Assembly (NCBI RefSeq): GCF_006345805.1
Contig: NW_021832613.1
Location: 1-60,485, forward strand
Source of the DNA: Octopus sinensis
Taxonomy: Eukaryota
Reading direction: 5' to 3'
DNA length: 60,485 nt
Shown here: positions 14,110-27,313 of the stretch, one piece after another
Layout: each line of letters begins with the position of its first letter
Numbering within the stretch: position 1 is the stretch's first letter
Made by a program: the position numbers and the translations under genes
The notes under the pieces: generated by a model
What the model was told of the DNA's origin: nothing
What the model saw: the letters and a program-made list of their open reading frames with translations, nothing else
Databases searched by the model: none

Positions 14110-14490
14110 ATAGAGTGAATCCTTTCTTTTTGACAATGGTCGGGCATTGTCTTGTTGGAAGACTAATGCTTTTCTGTTGATAATCTCCAGACGCAGTTCT
14201 TTGATTTTTTTGGTTCAAATTAGCCAGTTGACGACAGAACACATCAGAATTAATGGTCTGGTTTTATGGGAGAAGGTCATAATAAACAATGCCTTTATGA
14301 TCCCACAAAGCACAGGTGTGTTGCCATGGATATTCATCTTTGGTTGCTTGGGGGATATTTCTTCAAACTACAGGATCAGTTTTGCACAACATTAAGCATG
14401 CAATCCATTTTTCATCTCCAGTCACAATTCGTTTCCAAAGAAGGGCATGCTTTCTTTCCATTTCAAAAGCATATCCCAAATGGAATACTG
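14110..14490 (-). mobile_element. Mariner transposase remnant (unit 1)
   Basis: Minus strand encodes WKRIVTGDEKWI, WDHKGIVYYDLLP and FQQDNARP in broken frames. Confidence 0.85.
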
Positions 14491-14949
14491 GTCCCAGCAG
14501 TTCTTTTCTGAGGGTTTCAAGCACCCATATATTAGAATAAGATAGAAAGAGGGACAGAGAGAAGTGTACATGATATGTGGTAGGGGCAACATATAATATT
14601 TATTACATCGTTAAAAACGTTAGTTGAAGTTGATGATATGGAGATGTTAGCAATATAATTTTAGCAGAGTGGTGATGTTCTGATGGTGAGATTTAAGGTA
14701 GAGAGAGAGAGAGAGAGATGATGGTTGTGGTGGAGGAAATGGTGATGGACAGTGCATAGTTAAAAGTAACTTGTTTTTAATTGAACAAAGTTTTTTATGT
14801 CATTTATTTGCAGAATCGTATGTATTTCTGTGTAAAAAGTACAAAATCACAATAATTTGATTTTTCTCCCCACTTTTTTTACATGAACAAAACGACAGCT
14901 TCCAAATATTGTTTTCTAAATGGGTAAGAAAGATCAAACTTTAAACCAG

Positions 14950-15632
14950 TGTTACACATTCATATCTATGTGTATACGCAGGTATATGTATGTAGAATAC
15001 ATCCGCACTTTTGGCACTATTTTGTTAGTAACAGTACGAACTATGTCTAAAGTATATATGTATCACTACGCTGAATGTAGTCCAGTTTGTGTAACATGAA
15101 AAGTAAATAAACACGTAAAAGAATAACAATGGCTCGTATTGAGTTGTCTATCCCATTAGAAGGATACAACACATAACATGGTGGCAGCGGTAAATAATTA
15201 ATCGGAAACTGTGCCTTTACAACAAAACAGAAACACAACGAACCAGAAATTAACAAACAAAACATCGCTTCGTCTTCGGACACACATACACGAGAATCAA
15301 AAATTGCGACCCCCGTCACCGTACAGATGAATCTACATCCGACCATGAACTGGGACTCCGATGATATCGCGGAAGCGTTTAAGAAATTTAAACAGAAAAC
15401 TCAACTAGCTTTCAAAAGTTTCCTGAAAGGCACGACTGAAGATGAAAAGGTAACCTATATCCTTTTATGGACGGGAGAAAAAGGCATAGACTTATTCAAT
15501 AGCTGGGACATGTCAGAATCGTATTGCAATAACCCAGACACACTTTTAGAGAAATTTGAAAGGCACCTAGAGCCCAGATAGAACCATAGAATTCACAGAT
15601 TCGAATTCCAGATCCTGAAATGACCCACAAGA
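14950..15632 (+). mobile_element. Gypsy LTR element copy 1: 5' LTR (14950-15178), PBS and gag start, truncated
   Basis: LTR TGTTAC...TAACA; PBS tggtggcagcggt; MNLHPTMNWDSDDIAEAFKKF is homologous to copies 2 and 3; joins an inverted ZNF tail at ~15632. Confidence 0.88.
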
Positions 15633-15972
15633 TAATTGATCCATTTTCGTAGATTGATTAAGCACGAATAGCTTAGGTTACAGTTATATCTTTCATATTA
15701 ATAGGACTGTGTACAAACAATTCACCATTTTGAAAGAATGATTCAGGTTTAACATCACAGTGATATGTTTTCCTTCCTCTGTCAATGCTCTTTTGATTCA
15801 ATAATGGATGATTTCATGTCAAAGATTTACTATAGATGTCACATTCATATAGTTTCTATATTCTGTGGATGTCTTTATGAGATACGTCCTTTGTCCTTCT
15901 GAAGAAATGTTGTACAACAAATATCACTGTGTTATGGACCCACTTCATAAGGAAAGACTTCTGTTTAAATCA

Positions 15973-17331
<1,359 letters not shown>

Positions 17332-17559
17332 ATGTTTTGGAAAACCGATTATAGCAGTGACTCGATCAATTCCCAGGGATATCTGAAGAAGGGATTTTTA
17401 TATTCTGAAATATTATATCAGACTATGGATGATTGAATTACAAAGGTTATTATAATCCGTTCTTGTGCCATTCAATGCATTATTTTTACGAACAGTGTGC
17501 AATGCTTCAAGCGAACAGCAATTTTCCCCTAAAGGTTCAGTCTTTGAAGTTGAAAACCT

Positions 17560-17700
17560 CGACCTCTCCAAGACTGACAAATGTCAAGACACTGTTGACC
17601 GTTTTCTTCAATTCCAGGGGATTGTTCATCATGAGTATGCTCCACCTGGTCAGATAGTAAACCAGGAGTTCTACTGTGATGTTTGCGGGATGCTATTCAT
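17560..17700 (+). mobile_element. Mariner transposase fragment
   Basis: KTLLTVFF(frameshift)GIVHHEYAPPGQIVNQEFYC. Confidence 0.75.
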
Positions 17701-17780
17701 TGGAAAGGGCCACAATTCGATGCCTCCAGGGAGTGACAATGCACCTGCCTATTCAGGTGGCAAAACAGGTGTGATATCTG

Positions 17781-18079
17781 TGTTACTTGTTCCTTCTCGA
17801 GCCATGCCTGGCTCATAAGGGCCAGTTTCCTTGGCGTATAGGTTCCCCACCTGGACGGGACGCCAGTCCGTCGCAGGTGAGTTGCAAGATGCAGGAGGAA
17901 AGAGTGAGAGAAGGTTGTGGCGAAAGAGTCAGCAGAAGTTCGCCATTACCTTCTGCCGGAGCCGCGTGGAGCTTAGGTGTTTCACTCATAAACACACACA
18001 TTGCTCGGTCTGAGATTTGAACCTGTGATCCCTCGACTATGAGTCGGCTGCTCTAACCACTAGGCCATGTGCCTCCACA
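17781..18079 (-). mobile_element. tRNA(Arg)-like SINE with V-domain-like core
   Basis: Head ggcacatggcctagtggttagagcagccgactcatagtcgagggatcacaggttcaaatc (A/B boxes); core ctgcgacggactggcgtcccgtccaggtg resembles the V-SINE domain. Confidence 0.7.
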
Positions 18080-18652
18080 TCTGTGTTACTAAACAAAGCT
18101 GTGTTGACAAGATAGAACTCCGAGGTGAAAACATTGGTTATCTAGGCCATTAACATCTATATTGGTGTGTGTGAGAGAGAGAGAAAGAGCGTGTGTGTCA
18201 CAGATTTAATGTCCAGGAGTTGCAATTATAATTATTGAATCTGCTCGTAATTTATTAACTTTTGGGTAAGTTTATTAGTTTGAATGCAGGTTAACTTCTA
18301 CAATCCATTAAAACAGAAATGGCATAAATTCGCATTTTTTAATATCTACCTTTTAAACCTATTCTATGTCTTATATTATTTTTTTCTATTCTTTCAGAAA
18401 ATCACATGAAATTGGCTAAAAAGTATTTTTTACTTTTAAAGAATCATCAATATGTCTCATGTTTGAAAGACTCTGCAAAGATATTCTACAAACGTATAAT
18501 CCTGCTTCTATAAAACATATTGATCACATTTAGAAGAAATATAAGAGAAGTGATATTTGTTTGGAATAAACTATAAAAGCAAAAAGAAGAAAAATATCCA
18601 TAAATTTTGGTGAGAGAAGAAATATTCTTCGATTGATTATATTTTTTCTGAA

Positions 18653-18920
18653 GTGATGACAGAAGAATTAGGACAATCCTCACATGACTTCTCAGAAGAA
18701 AGTAAATTCAATGAACACAAACGAATTCATACAGTGGAGAAACTTTATTCCTGTGATATCTGTGGGAAATCATTCTCTTCTGCAAGAAACTTGATTGCAC
18801 ACGAGCATATTCATACAGGGGAGAAACCATATCAATGTGATATCTATGGTAAATCTTTCCCTGAAAACTATAGCTTAACTAAAAACAAACTAATTCATAC
18901 AGGGGAGAAACCATATCACT
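18653..18920 (+). pseudogene. N-terminal C2H2 ZNF fragment (ZNF-B head?), ~3 partly degenerate fingers, cut after TGEKPYH
   Basis: MTEELGQSS...EESKFNEHKRIH is homologous to the ZNF-A N-terminus; preceded by the conserved acceptor at 18397. Confidence 0.8.
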
Positions 18921-18962
18921 TCAGGAGGAAGACTGAACGATGCTTTCTTTAAAGCCTGTCGC

Positions 18963-19536
18963 TTTTTTTTTTACTTGTTTCAGTCATTTGACTGCGGCCA
19001 TGCTAGAGCACCACCTTTAGTTGAGCAAATCGACCCCAGGACTTACTCTTTGTAAGCCTAGTACTTATTCTATCGGTCTCTTTTGCCGAACCGCTAAATT
19101 ACGGAGACGCAAACACACCAGCATCGGTTGTCAGGCATTGTTGGTGGGACAAACACACACATATATATATATACATATATACGACGAGCTTCTTTCAGTT
19201 TCCATCTACCAAATCCACTCACAAGGCTTTGGTCGGCCCGAGGCTATAGCAGAAGACACTTTCTCAAGGTGTCATGCAGTGGGACTGAACCCAGAACCAT
19301 GTGGTTGGTAAGCAAGCTACTTACCACACAGCCACTCCTGTGCCTATATATATATATATATATATAATATACATATATGATGGGCTTCTTTTCAGTTTCT
19401 GTCTACCAAATCCACTCACAAGGCTTTGGTTGGCCCAAGGCTATAGTAGAAGACACTTGCCCAAGGTGCCACGCAGTGGGACTGAACCCAGAACCATGTG
19501 GTTGGTAAGCAAGCTACTTACCACACAGCCACTCCT
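18963..19536 (-). mobile_element. tRNA/CORE SINE, full copy (18963-19339) plus tandem extra head (19380-19536)
   Basis: Same family as 5624-5974. Confidence 0.85.
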
Positions 19537-21426
19537 GTGCCTTTGCTAGAGAAAGATGAGCTGGTGAAAGTTGTATGTATCATGGCTGTCTCTGGTCATC
19601 TCATTTCACCAAATGGCTTTTGCTTTACGAAATTCTAGTATTTTATAAGTGCAATATAGCGAGAAAGAGAGGTATATTGCCGAGAACAATGAGGAAACTG
19701 ATGTAGGTAGCTCTTCATTTAATTTTGACTTTTGGTGGTATAGAAGAGGTTAGGGGTGAAGTAGGAAAACATATCAATTGGCATGGCAGAGGGTATGTGT
19801 GGAGTGTCACTGTTGTCAACTACTGTTTTTCTGTGGGAAAATGCTGTTTTCAGGTTCAAATCTATATGCCCCAAATGAAATCCACTATTTTACTTCCCAA
19901 GTAAAAACTTTCATAAGATGTGTGTGTATATATATATATATGCCCCTCCTTAATTCTTCTGTTCATCTGCTTCTACAACTCTCTCTTCTCTTTCCCCTCC
20001 TTAATTCTTTTGTTCCTCTTTTTCTCTCTCTTCTTTTCCCATGTGACCGATAGGCCAGATGGTTAGCCCTCTTTTTGCGTCTGACCACGGTCAGTGCAAC
20101 ATTGATATTCTTCCGTGTGTTTGTGAAAGCTCTGTATCTCTGCCGTAAGGCTTCATTTCCACACACACCAGCTGAATTCAATTCGTCCCCAGTCGAAAGA
20201 CACCTGTTGTTATGTCCTGTTATTATTATTAATATTTTTATTGTATTTTGTATTTATATTTGTGTAACATCGTCTGTTTTTCCGTCCTTATTTTCGTATA
20301 CATTCCATGCTTTCTTCCAAGGAATCTGATGCTCTTAGCTTAGTATTTCCTTGGGGCTGGCCAGATTGGAGCAATCTCAAGATTAATCAGCTGAAATTGC
20401 GAGGATGATCTGGTTCTTTACAGGGGACAGAAAGCTTCAAATGACCCGTCCTTTCTTTTTCATAAAGGACCCGTTTGTACTTTGGTGTGAAATAATTTTT
20501 TCCACACGTTTTTTTGAGTGCATTCAACGATGCTCAGTCCAAACCCACCACCCGCCAGATTCTTCTGGAAAAGAAGGGGGGGGACCTTGGAGTTTCCCAC
20601 CAACAGTTTTATTTTGTATTTTGTTTTTTTCTGGGTTATTTTACATGCTTTCAACGTATGTGACATTGAAATTACACGTAAAGGGCTCCTTTCCTTAGAA
20701 AAAGAAAGATTCGGCCACTATTTCTTGCATGCCCTGCTACCATGTAACAGTTATTTTGAGTCCTTTATCGTAAATAGCTGTTGTATGGTAACAAGGCATG
20801 CTAGAAATAGTAACCGAATCTTTGGAGATGAGATACATTGAATGCACTGGAAAAAAACCTATGGAAAGAATTTATTTCAGTGAGGTTATGAACAGGTCTT
20901 TTACGAAATATTTACAGTATTTCTAAAGCCATCTTCACTTTAAAATATTTTTTAAATATGCCAAAACAATTTTTGTAATGGTATTCAATTGAAAATAATA
21001 AAAAAATAAATAAAATTGTCTGTTTAAAGAAAGCTAAAATATAAATACAAAAAAGCAAAAGTAGAAACATTTCCTGTAAAAACAACTTTTTTTGTTGGCA
21101 AGTTAGTCATAATGTGTCTAACCGAAAAGCTAGAAATTCTTCCTTTTCAGGGTTAAGTTATTTTTGGTGGATTTTCTCAATATGCACTGTTTTGGGTATT
21201 TATACCCCACAAAACTCCTAATATCTCAAGAACCAGTTGTCCAATTCACGCGAAACTTGTTTTATTCCATTTGTATTCACATTTCAGGAAAGTCTTAATT
21301 CTTAGTATTTTCCCCATTATGTGCCATTTTGGCTATGTAACATTGGAAGCAAAATTGAAGTTCATTTTTAATGTAATATATGTGTGTGTATAGGTCTGCC
21401 TACTTACAACTGCAATACAAGTATTA

Positions 21427-21495
21427 AGTCGTGAATAAACCATTATACTTGGCACTTGTTGGCCTGGAGAAAGGCTTTGATAGAATTCCTCTGTT
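21427..21495 (+). mobile_element. Tiny RTE reverse-transcriptase fragment
   Basis: NKPLYLALVGLEKGFDRIP versus DKPLYLAFVDMEKAFDRVP in the RTE copies. Confidence 0.6.
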
Positions 21496-22599
21496 GGCCA
21501 GACACCAAGGTTCAATAGAACCTACTGAAGCAAACCAACGTGCTTCTGGCATTATCACAGGCAAGAGCAAGAAGTCGACATTAAAGTTCATACTGTTTTC
21601 AAATTTTGGCACAAGGCCAGCAATTCCACGGGTGTGTGTGTTAAGTTGAATATGTCGATTCTAATGCTCAACTGTTGATTACTTCCACCAACCCCCAAAA
21701 GGACGAAAGACAAAGTCCACCTTGACAGAATTTAAATGCAAATGTCATGCCAGAAGAACCACAGCTAACATTTTCCCCAATGTGCTAACGACCCTGCCAG
21801 TTCGCCACTTTAGTTTCTTATTAATTACTAGTGGGACCCATGTAAATTCTACAGAATGAAAAAAATTAAGAGGACCTATTTAAGAAAGAGAGGATGATTT
21901 GCATTTTTATAGCATTCATAGTTTTAGCTTTCTTTGAATATACTTGGCATCTGTCTACATCCAATTCCTCACAACACCATCGGTGCCATCTTTTTCCTCT
22001 TTTTTATTACATCTTTTTAGTGTTCCATGCTCTAGATCTGTGTATCTTTTCTCAGGCAGCTTGCAACTGTGTCTCTTGTGAATCCATAGTTTAGGCTAAA
22101 TTAATCCTTAGAAACAAATATCAATCTCTTAAGTGAGAAGACGATAAATAATTGCACAGAAGTGCAAGTGTTGAGTGATGGTCTCTATAAACCACCATCA
22201 TCTCTCTCTTTCTGTGCCTTTCTTTAATATCAACATCAGAACATCACCCCTCTGCTAAGATTATATTTCTAACTATTCTCTATATCACAAACTTCAGCTA
22301 GCTCTTTTAAACATAAAATAACTATTACATTCCCCCCATCACATGTCATGCTTGCTTCTTTCTTAGTATTTTTGTCTCTCCCTTTTCTTTCTTTCTCTAT
22401 TTGCCTCACTCTTTGTCTTATCATCTTTTCTCTCTCTACCCCCCTTTTCTCTAATAACATGAAAGTGTTACTGACGAGCTAAGTAACAGAATGAGAAGCA
22501 GAATTATTATAAGATCACCTTACTCTATTTCTCCCTCCCTTTTCTCCACTTCTGTCCCCACCCCTCATTTATTCCACTAATCTGATGAAAGCATAACAG

Positions 22600-23330
22600 C
22601 TGGTTATTATATATATACATAAATATTATTTTTGTCTGAGGTTTGGATAATATTTTTTGCAGAGTAATTACATATCACATAAGGAGACTGGAAAACAGTT
22701 TGATAGAATTTATTCAGCATTACATGTGTTTCATTTCCTAATAGGAATTACAAACTTTTAGACAAAGAGAAAATATGTAAAATATCTCTTATAAGAAATT
22801 CTTCATATATACATGTGTGTGTGTGTGTCCAGATATTATGTGATGTCCGTAAATGGCCATCATGACCGTTATACTTGTGCAGTTCTTCATTTCCAGTCCT
22901 CTGCGTAAAATATGTCTCACCAGGGAAAATATTTCCTTGTTTGGAAACAGGTGAGGATTGGTGACAAGAAAGGGTACCCAGCTCAGGAAAATCTCCATCA
23001 ATGAATTCCATCAGATAGACAGATGCATGGAAAAGCGAATTTTAAATGATGATGATTATCATCATTGTAGTGATATGGTTCCTCTTCTGTATGAATGCAG
23101 TTATGTTTTAATAATTGATCATTTTCATAGATTGATTTAGCACAAATGTCTTAGGGTATGCTTTATCTTTCATATTAATATGACTGTATAATTCTCCATT
23201 TTGATAAAATGATTAAGCACTGCTATCACAGTGATATGTTTTCCTTCCTCTGTCAATGCTCTTTTGATTCGTTAATGGATCATTTTAAATGAAAGGCTTA
23301 CCATTGATATCACATTCATATAGTTTCTTT
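22600..23330 (-). pseudogene. Orphan ZNF 3' tail (more diverged paralog, coding fingers missing)
   Basis: Reverse complement of ~12595-13320 with many differences. Confidence 0.65.
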
Positions 23331-23514
23331 CTTGTGTATTTACAAATGTACAGAAGGAGGCAGAGGAGGAGTGATGTCTATGTTAACAAAAGAAGCTGTG
23401 TTAATACGACACGTGACTGAGGTGAAACCATCAGATATCTAGTGTCATTGACATGTATATTGGTGTGTGTCTAGGACAGACGCAATGTCCAGGAGGTGTT
23501 ATTACGATAGATAT

Positions 23515-25944
23515 GTTCCACTTTAGCAGGGTCTGGTTTCACTCCCACTGCAGAGTATATAATTCCAAAGAATTTGCACTCCTTTGCTTTGATCACACAC
23601 TTGTCCGCATTGAGTTTGATGCCTGCTTGTCGGGTTTTCTCCATAGCTTCATGTAAATTGAAGTCATGTGTGGTCTCATCCTTGCCATGCACTTGGATGT
23701 CATCTGCTATTCCAATTGCTCCCTTGCAGCCTTGGTAGGTCTCATCTATTTGGCGCTGGAAAACATCTTGGCTCACCTTCAATCCAAATGGGAGTCGGTT
23801 GAATCGATATCTGCCAAAATTGTGTGTTGAAGGTAGTGAGCATGGATGACTTTGTCTATCTTTACATTCCAGTACCCATTGCTGGCATCCAGTTTGCGGA
23901 ATAATTTGGACCCAGTCAATGATGGTGTGATTTCTTCAAGGGTTCGAATTGGATGGTACTCTCTTTTTAATGCCTTGTTCAGGTCCCTTGGGTCGAGGCA
24001 TATCCGTAGGCTACCATTGGGTTTTTCCTTGATTACAATTGAATTCACCCTGTCTGTTGGTCGTGTCACTTTGGTGATTTTTTTTTTTCCATTCTGTCCA
24101 ACTCTGTCTTCAGCTTCTCTTTTAGTTCTAGAGGGACGCGGCGAGGTGGGTGAACAATTGGTTTGATATTGGGGTCGACTGTTATATGGTATCTACATTT
24201 CACAAAGCACCCGACTGTATCGTCAAAGCATTCAGGGTACATGCTTATCAGTTCCTCTTTGTTTGTGATTGGTGGTCGGTCTTTGATAGGCATATCTCTG
24301 TCAATCCTGCTCGGAGTTGCCTTCACTTCACCATTGATTGACACAATATTTAGCTTTTTGCAGGTATTGAGTCCAAGAATTGCTGGACCTTCTGTTGTTG
24401 TGACATAAAAAGAACACTTGATTGTTTTTCCTTTGTGTGTCCCTGTGATTGTTGTTTTGCCCAGTTGTGGAATCCTGGTACCTCCGTACGCAGTGAGGAT
24501 TACATCACTTGGTGTGAGGATTCCTTCTTTGACTTTATCCTCTTGTGTCATGTGTTCTGGGAACATCTTTTTGTGGAGGTTGACAGGCAAGATATCACTC
24601 TGGGCTCCAGTCTCAATCTTCAGCCTTAAGTCAATGTTTATTCGTTTCTTGCCAGACTTCTTTTGTATTCTTATTGTTGTGTATGCCTCATTTTTTTTCT
24701 TGTCGCCATTTCCCATCTCATGCACATTTATTGTGCCGACTGCCAAGAATTCCTCCTCTGAGGTGTTTTGTTCCTGTCGTTGGGCATGTATATCTCTTCT
24801 TCTATTTCCGCTCCTCTTTGAAAGTTGGGGCTTGTTTTTCTGGGATTTTGTCAACCTACACATTTTTTTGCAGTGGTTAAGTTTTCCACATGCTTTGCAG
24901 TGTATACCGAATGCAGGACATTTCTTCCGGTTGTCGAACTCATGCTCTGTACCACAGTACTGGCATGTTCTTTGTTTGCGGGTATGTTTCGTCCTGTGCC
25001 TAGATGCAATATCTACACTGCTGCCTAGTGAGCTTGTTTGTAAGGTAAGTGAGGCCATTTGTTTGGTAGTGGCTTCGAATGTTCTTGCAGTGTCTACTGC
25101 TTCTATCAACTGGAGAGCGTCCTTACCTATGAGGGATTTCTGAACTTCTTTATGAGCACACCCCCATATTAGTTGATCAACAATTCTTTTGTCCTTATCT
25201 TTGAATTTGCATTTTTCAGCAACATTCTTTAGTCTGGACAGGAAATTGTCAATCGTTTCTTGTTGGTCTTGTTTTAGGCCCTGGAATTTGAATCTGTGAA
25301 TTTTATGGTTCGATCTGGGCTCTAGGTGCCTTTCAAATTTCTCTAAAAGTGTGTCTGGGTTATTGCAATCCGATTCTGACATGTCCCAGCTATTGAATAA
25401 GTCTATGCCTTTTTCTCCCGTCCATAAAAGGATATAGCTTACCTTTTCATCTTCAGTCGTGCCTTTCAGGAAACTTTTGAAAGCTAGTTGAGTTTTCTGT
25501 TTAAATTTCTTAAACGCTTCCGCGATATCATCGGAGTCCCAGTTCATGATTGGATGTAAATTCATCTGTACGGTGACGGGGGTCGCCATTTTTGATCCTC
25601 GTGTATGTGTGTCCGAAGACGAAGCGATGTTTTGTTTGTTAATTTCTGGTTCGTTGTGTTTCTGTTTTGTTGTAAAGGCACAGTTTCCGATTAATTATCC
25701 CACCGCTGCCACCATGTTATGTGTTATTTCGTTCTAATGGGATAGACAACCAATATGAAGCCATTGTTATTGTTTTACGTGTTTATTTACTTTTTCATGT
25801 TACACAAACTGGACTACATTCAGCGTAGTGATACATATATACTTTAGACACAGTTCGTACTGTTACTAACAAAATAGTGCCAAAAGTGCGGATGTATTCT
25901 ACATACGTATACCTGTGTATACACATAGATATGAATGTGTAACA
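23515..25944 (-). mobile_element. Gypsy copy 2: 5' LTR (25715-25944), PBS, gag-protease and RT, truncated within RT
   Basis: ORF 24066-25589 contains gag with tandem Cys/His knuckles and an aspartic-protease-like motif (IETGAQ); RT fragments with ADD; same flank (ctgtggtttaaag) as copy 3. Confidence 0.92.
25697..25714 (-). promoter_or_regulatory. Primer-binding site complementary to the tRNA-Leu 3' end
   Basis: Plus strand atcccaccgctgccacca equals the 3' 18 nt (including CCA) of eukaryotic tRNA-Leu(AAG/UAG); 13-nt versions at 15179 and 40635. Confidence 0.8.
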
Positions 25945-26389
25945 CTGTGGTTTAAAGTTTGATCTTTCTTACCCATTTAGAAAACAATATTTGGAAGCTG
26001 TCGTTTTGTTCATGTAAAAAAAGTGGGGAGAAAAATCAAATTATTGTGATTTTGTACTTTTTACACAGAAATACATACGATTCTGCAAATAAGTGACATA
26101 AAAAACTTTGTTCAATTAAAAACAAATTACTTTTAACTATGCACTGTCCATCACTATTTCCTCCACCACAACCATCATCTCTCTATCTCTGTGCCTTAAA
26201 TCTCACCATCAGAACATCACCACTCTGCTAAAATTATATTGCTAACTTCTCTATATCATCAACTTCAACTAACGTTTTTAACGATGTAATAAATATTATA
26301 TGTTTCCCCTATCACATATTATGTACACTTCTCTCTGTCCCTCTTTCTATCTTATTCTAATATATGGGTGCTTGAAACACTCAGAAAAG

Positions 26390-26780
26390 AATTGCTGGGA
26401 CCAGTATTCCATTTGGGATATGCTTTTGAAATGGAAAGAAAGCATGCCCTTTTTTGGAAACGACTTGTGACTGGAGATGAAAAATGGATTGCATGCTTAA
26501 TGTTGTGCAAAACTGATTCTAGAGTTTGAAGAAATATCCCCCAAGCAACCAAAGATGAATATCCATGGCAACACACCTGTGCTTTGTGTTTGGTGAGATC
26601 ATAAAGGCATTGTTTATTATGACCTTCTCCCATAAAACCAGACCATTAATTCTGATGTGTTCTGTCGTCAACTGGCTAATTTGAACCAAAATATATCAAA
26701 GAACTGCGGCTGGAGATTACCAACAGAAAAGCATTAGTCTTCCAACAAGACAATGCCCGACCATTGTCAAAAAGAAAGGA
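26390..26780 (+). mobile_element. Mariner transposase remnant (unit 2)
   Basis: Reverse complement of 14110-14490. Confidence 0.85.
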
Positions 26781-27313
26781 TTCACCCTATCTCCCTCATA
26801 TTCCTTATAGTATTCATTGTTATCATTTTTATGTCGTATGTTTTTTAAACCAATATTCTTTCACCAGATGCATTCTTAATTGAATTCTTTTCTTTTTGCT
26901 TTGCATCTTGTACAGATTTAAGTCTTTAATTTTATAAATATATATTTATATAATCTTTAAGCTGTTTATCCATTTCCAAAAACAAAAGTTCCTGGTCACT
27001 AGTCATGGCCTCGGTGTCTAGTGAGGCAATGGATTGGGTTATTCCTGAAACCAAAATACTCTAAAGTGGAGCCTGTATTGTGTCTGCATCAAAAGATAGT
27101 CGCTCATCTGCTACTCACTGAAAACTGAAGGAAATTGGAATACGGTAATTACTTAATACACTTTATGCACAATTTTATAGACACAGCAATCATAAAATAA
27201 ATATTCGCTTATATTTTTCCAGTTTTCTCATAAACAGAAAAAAATTACATTTTAAAATTTACATGGGCACAATTTCTTATCTAAAACACGAGAAGTGTAT
27301 AGTAAAAAAATTA

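Noticed and set aside
18000-18079. tRNA gene
   Set aside because: It is a tRNA-like SINE head continuing into SINE body, without a complete acceptor stem.
19560-21400. Probable old repeat remnants (basic ORF 19963-20181; Penelope or hammerhead considered)
   Set aside because: No RT/GIY-YIG motif or hammerhead core recognisable by eye.
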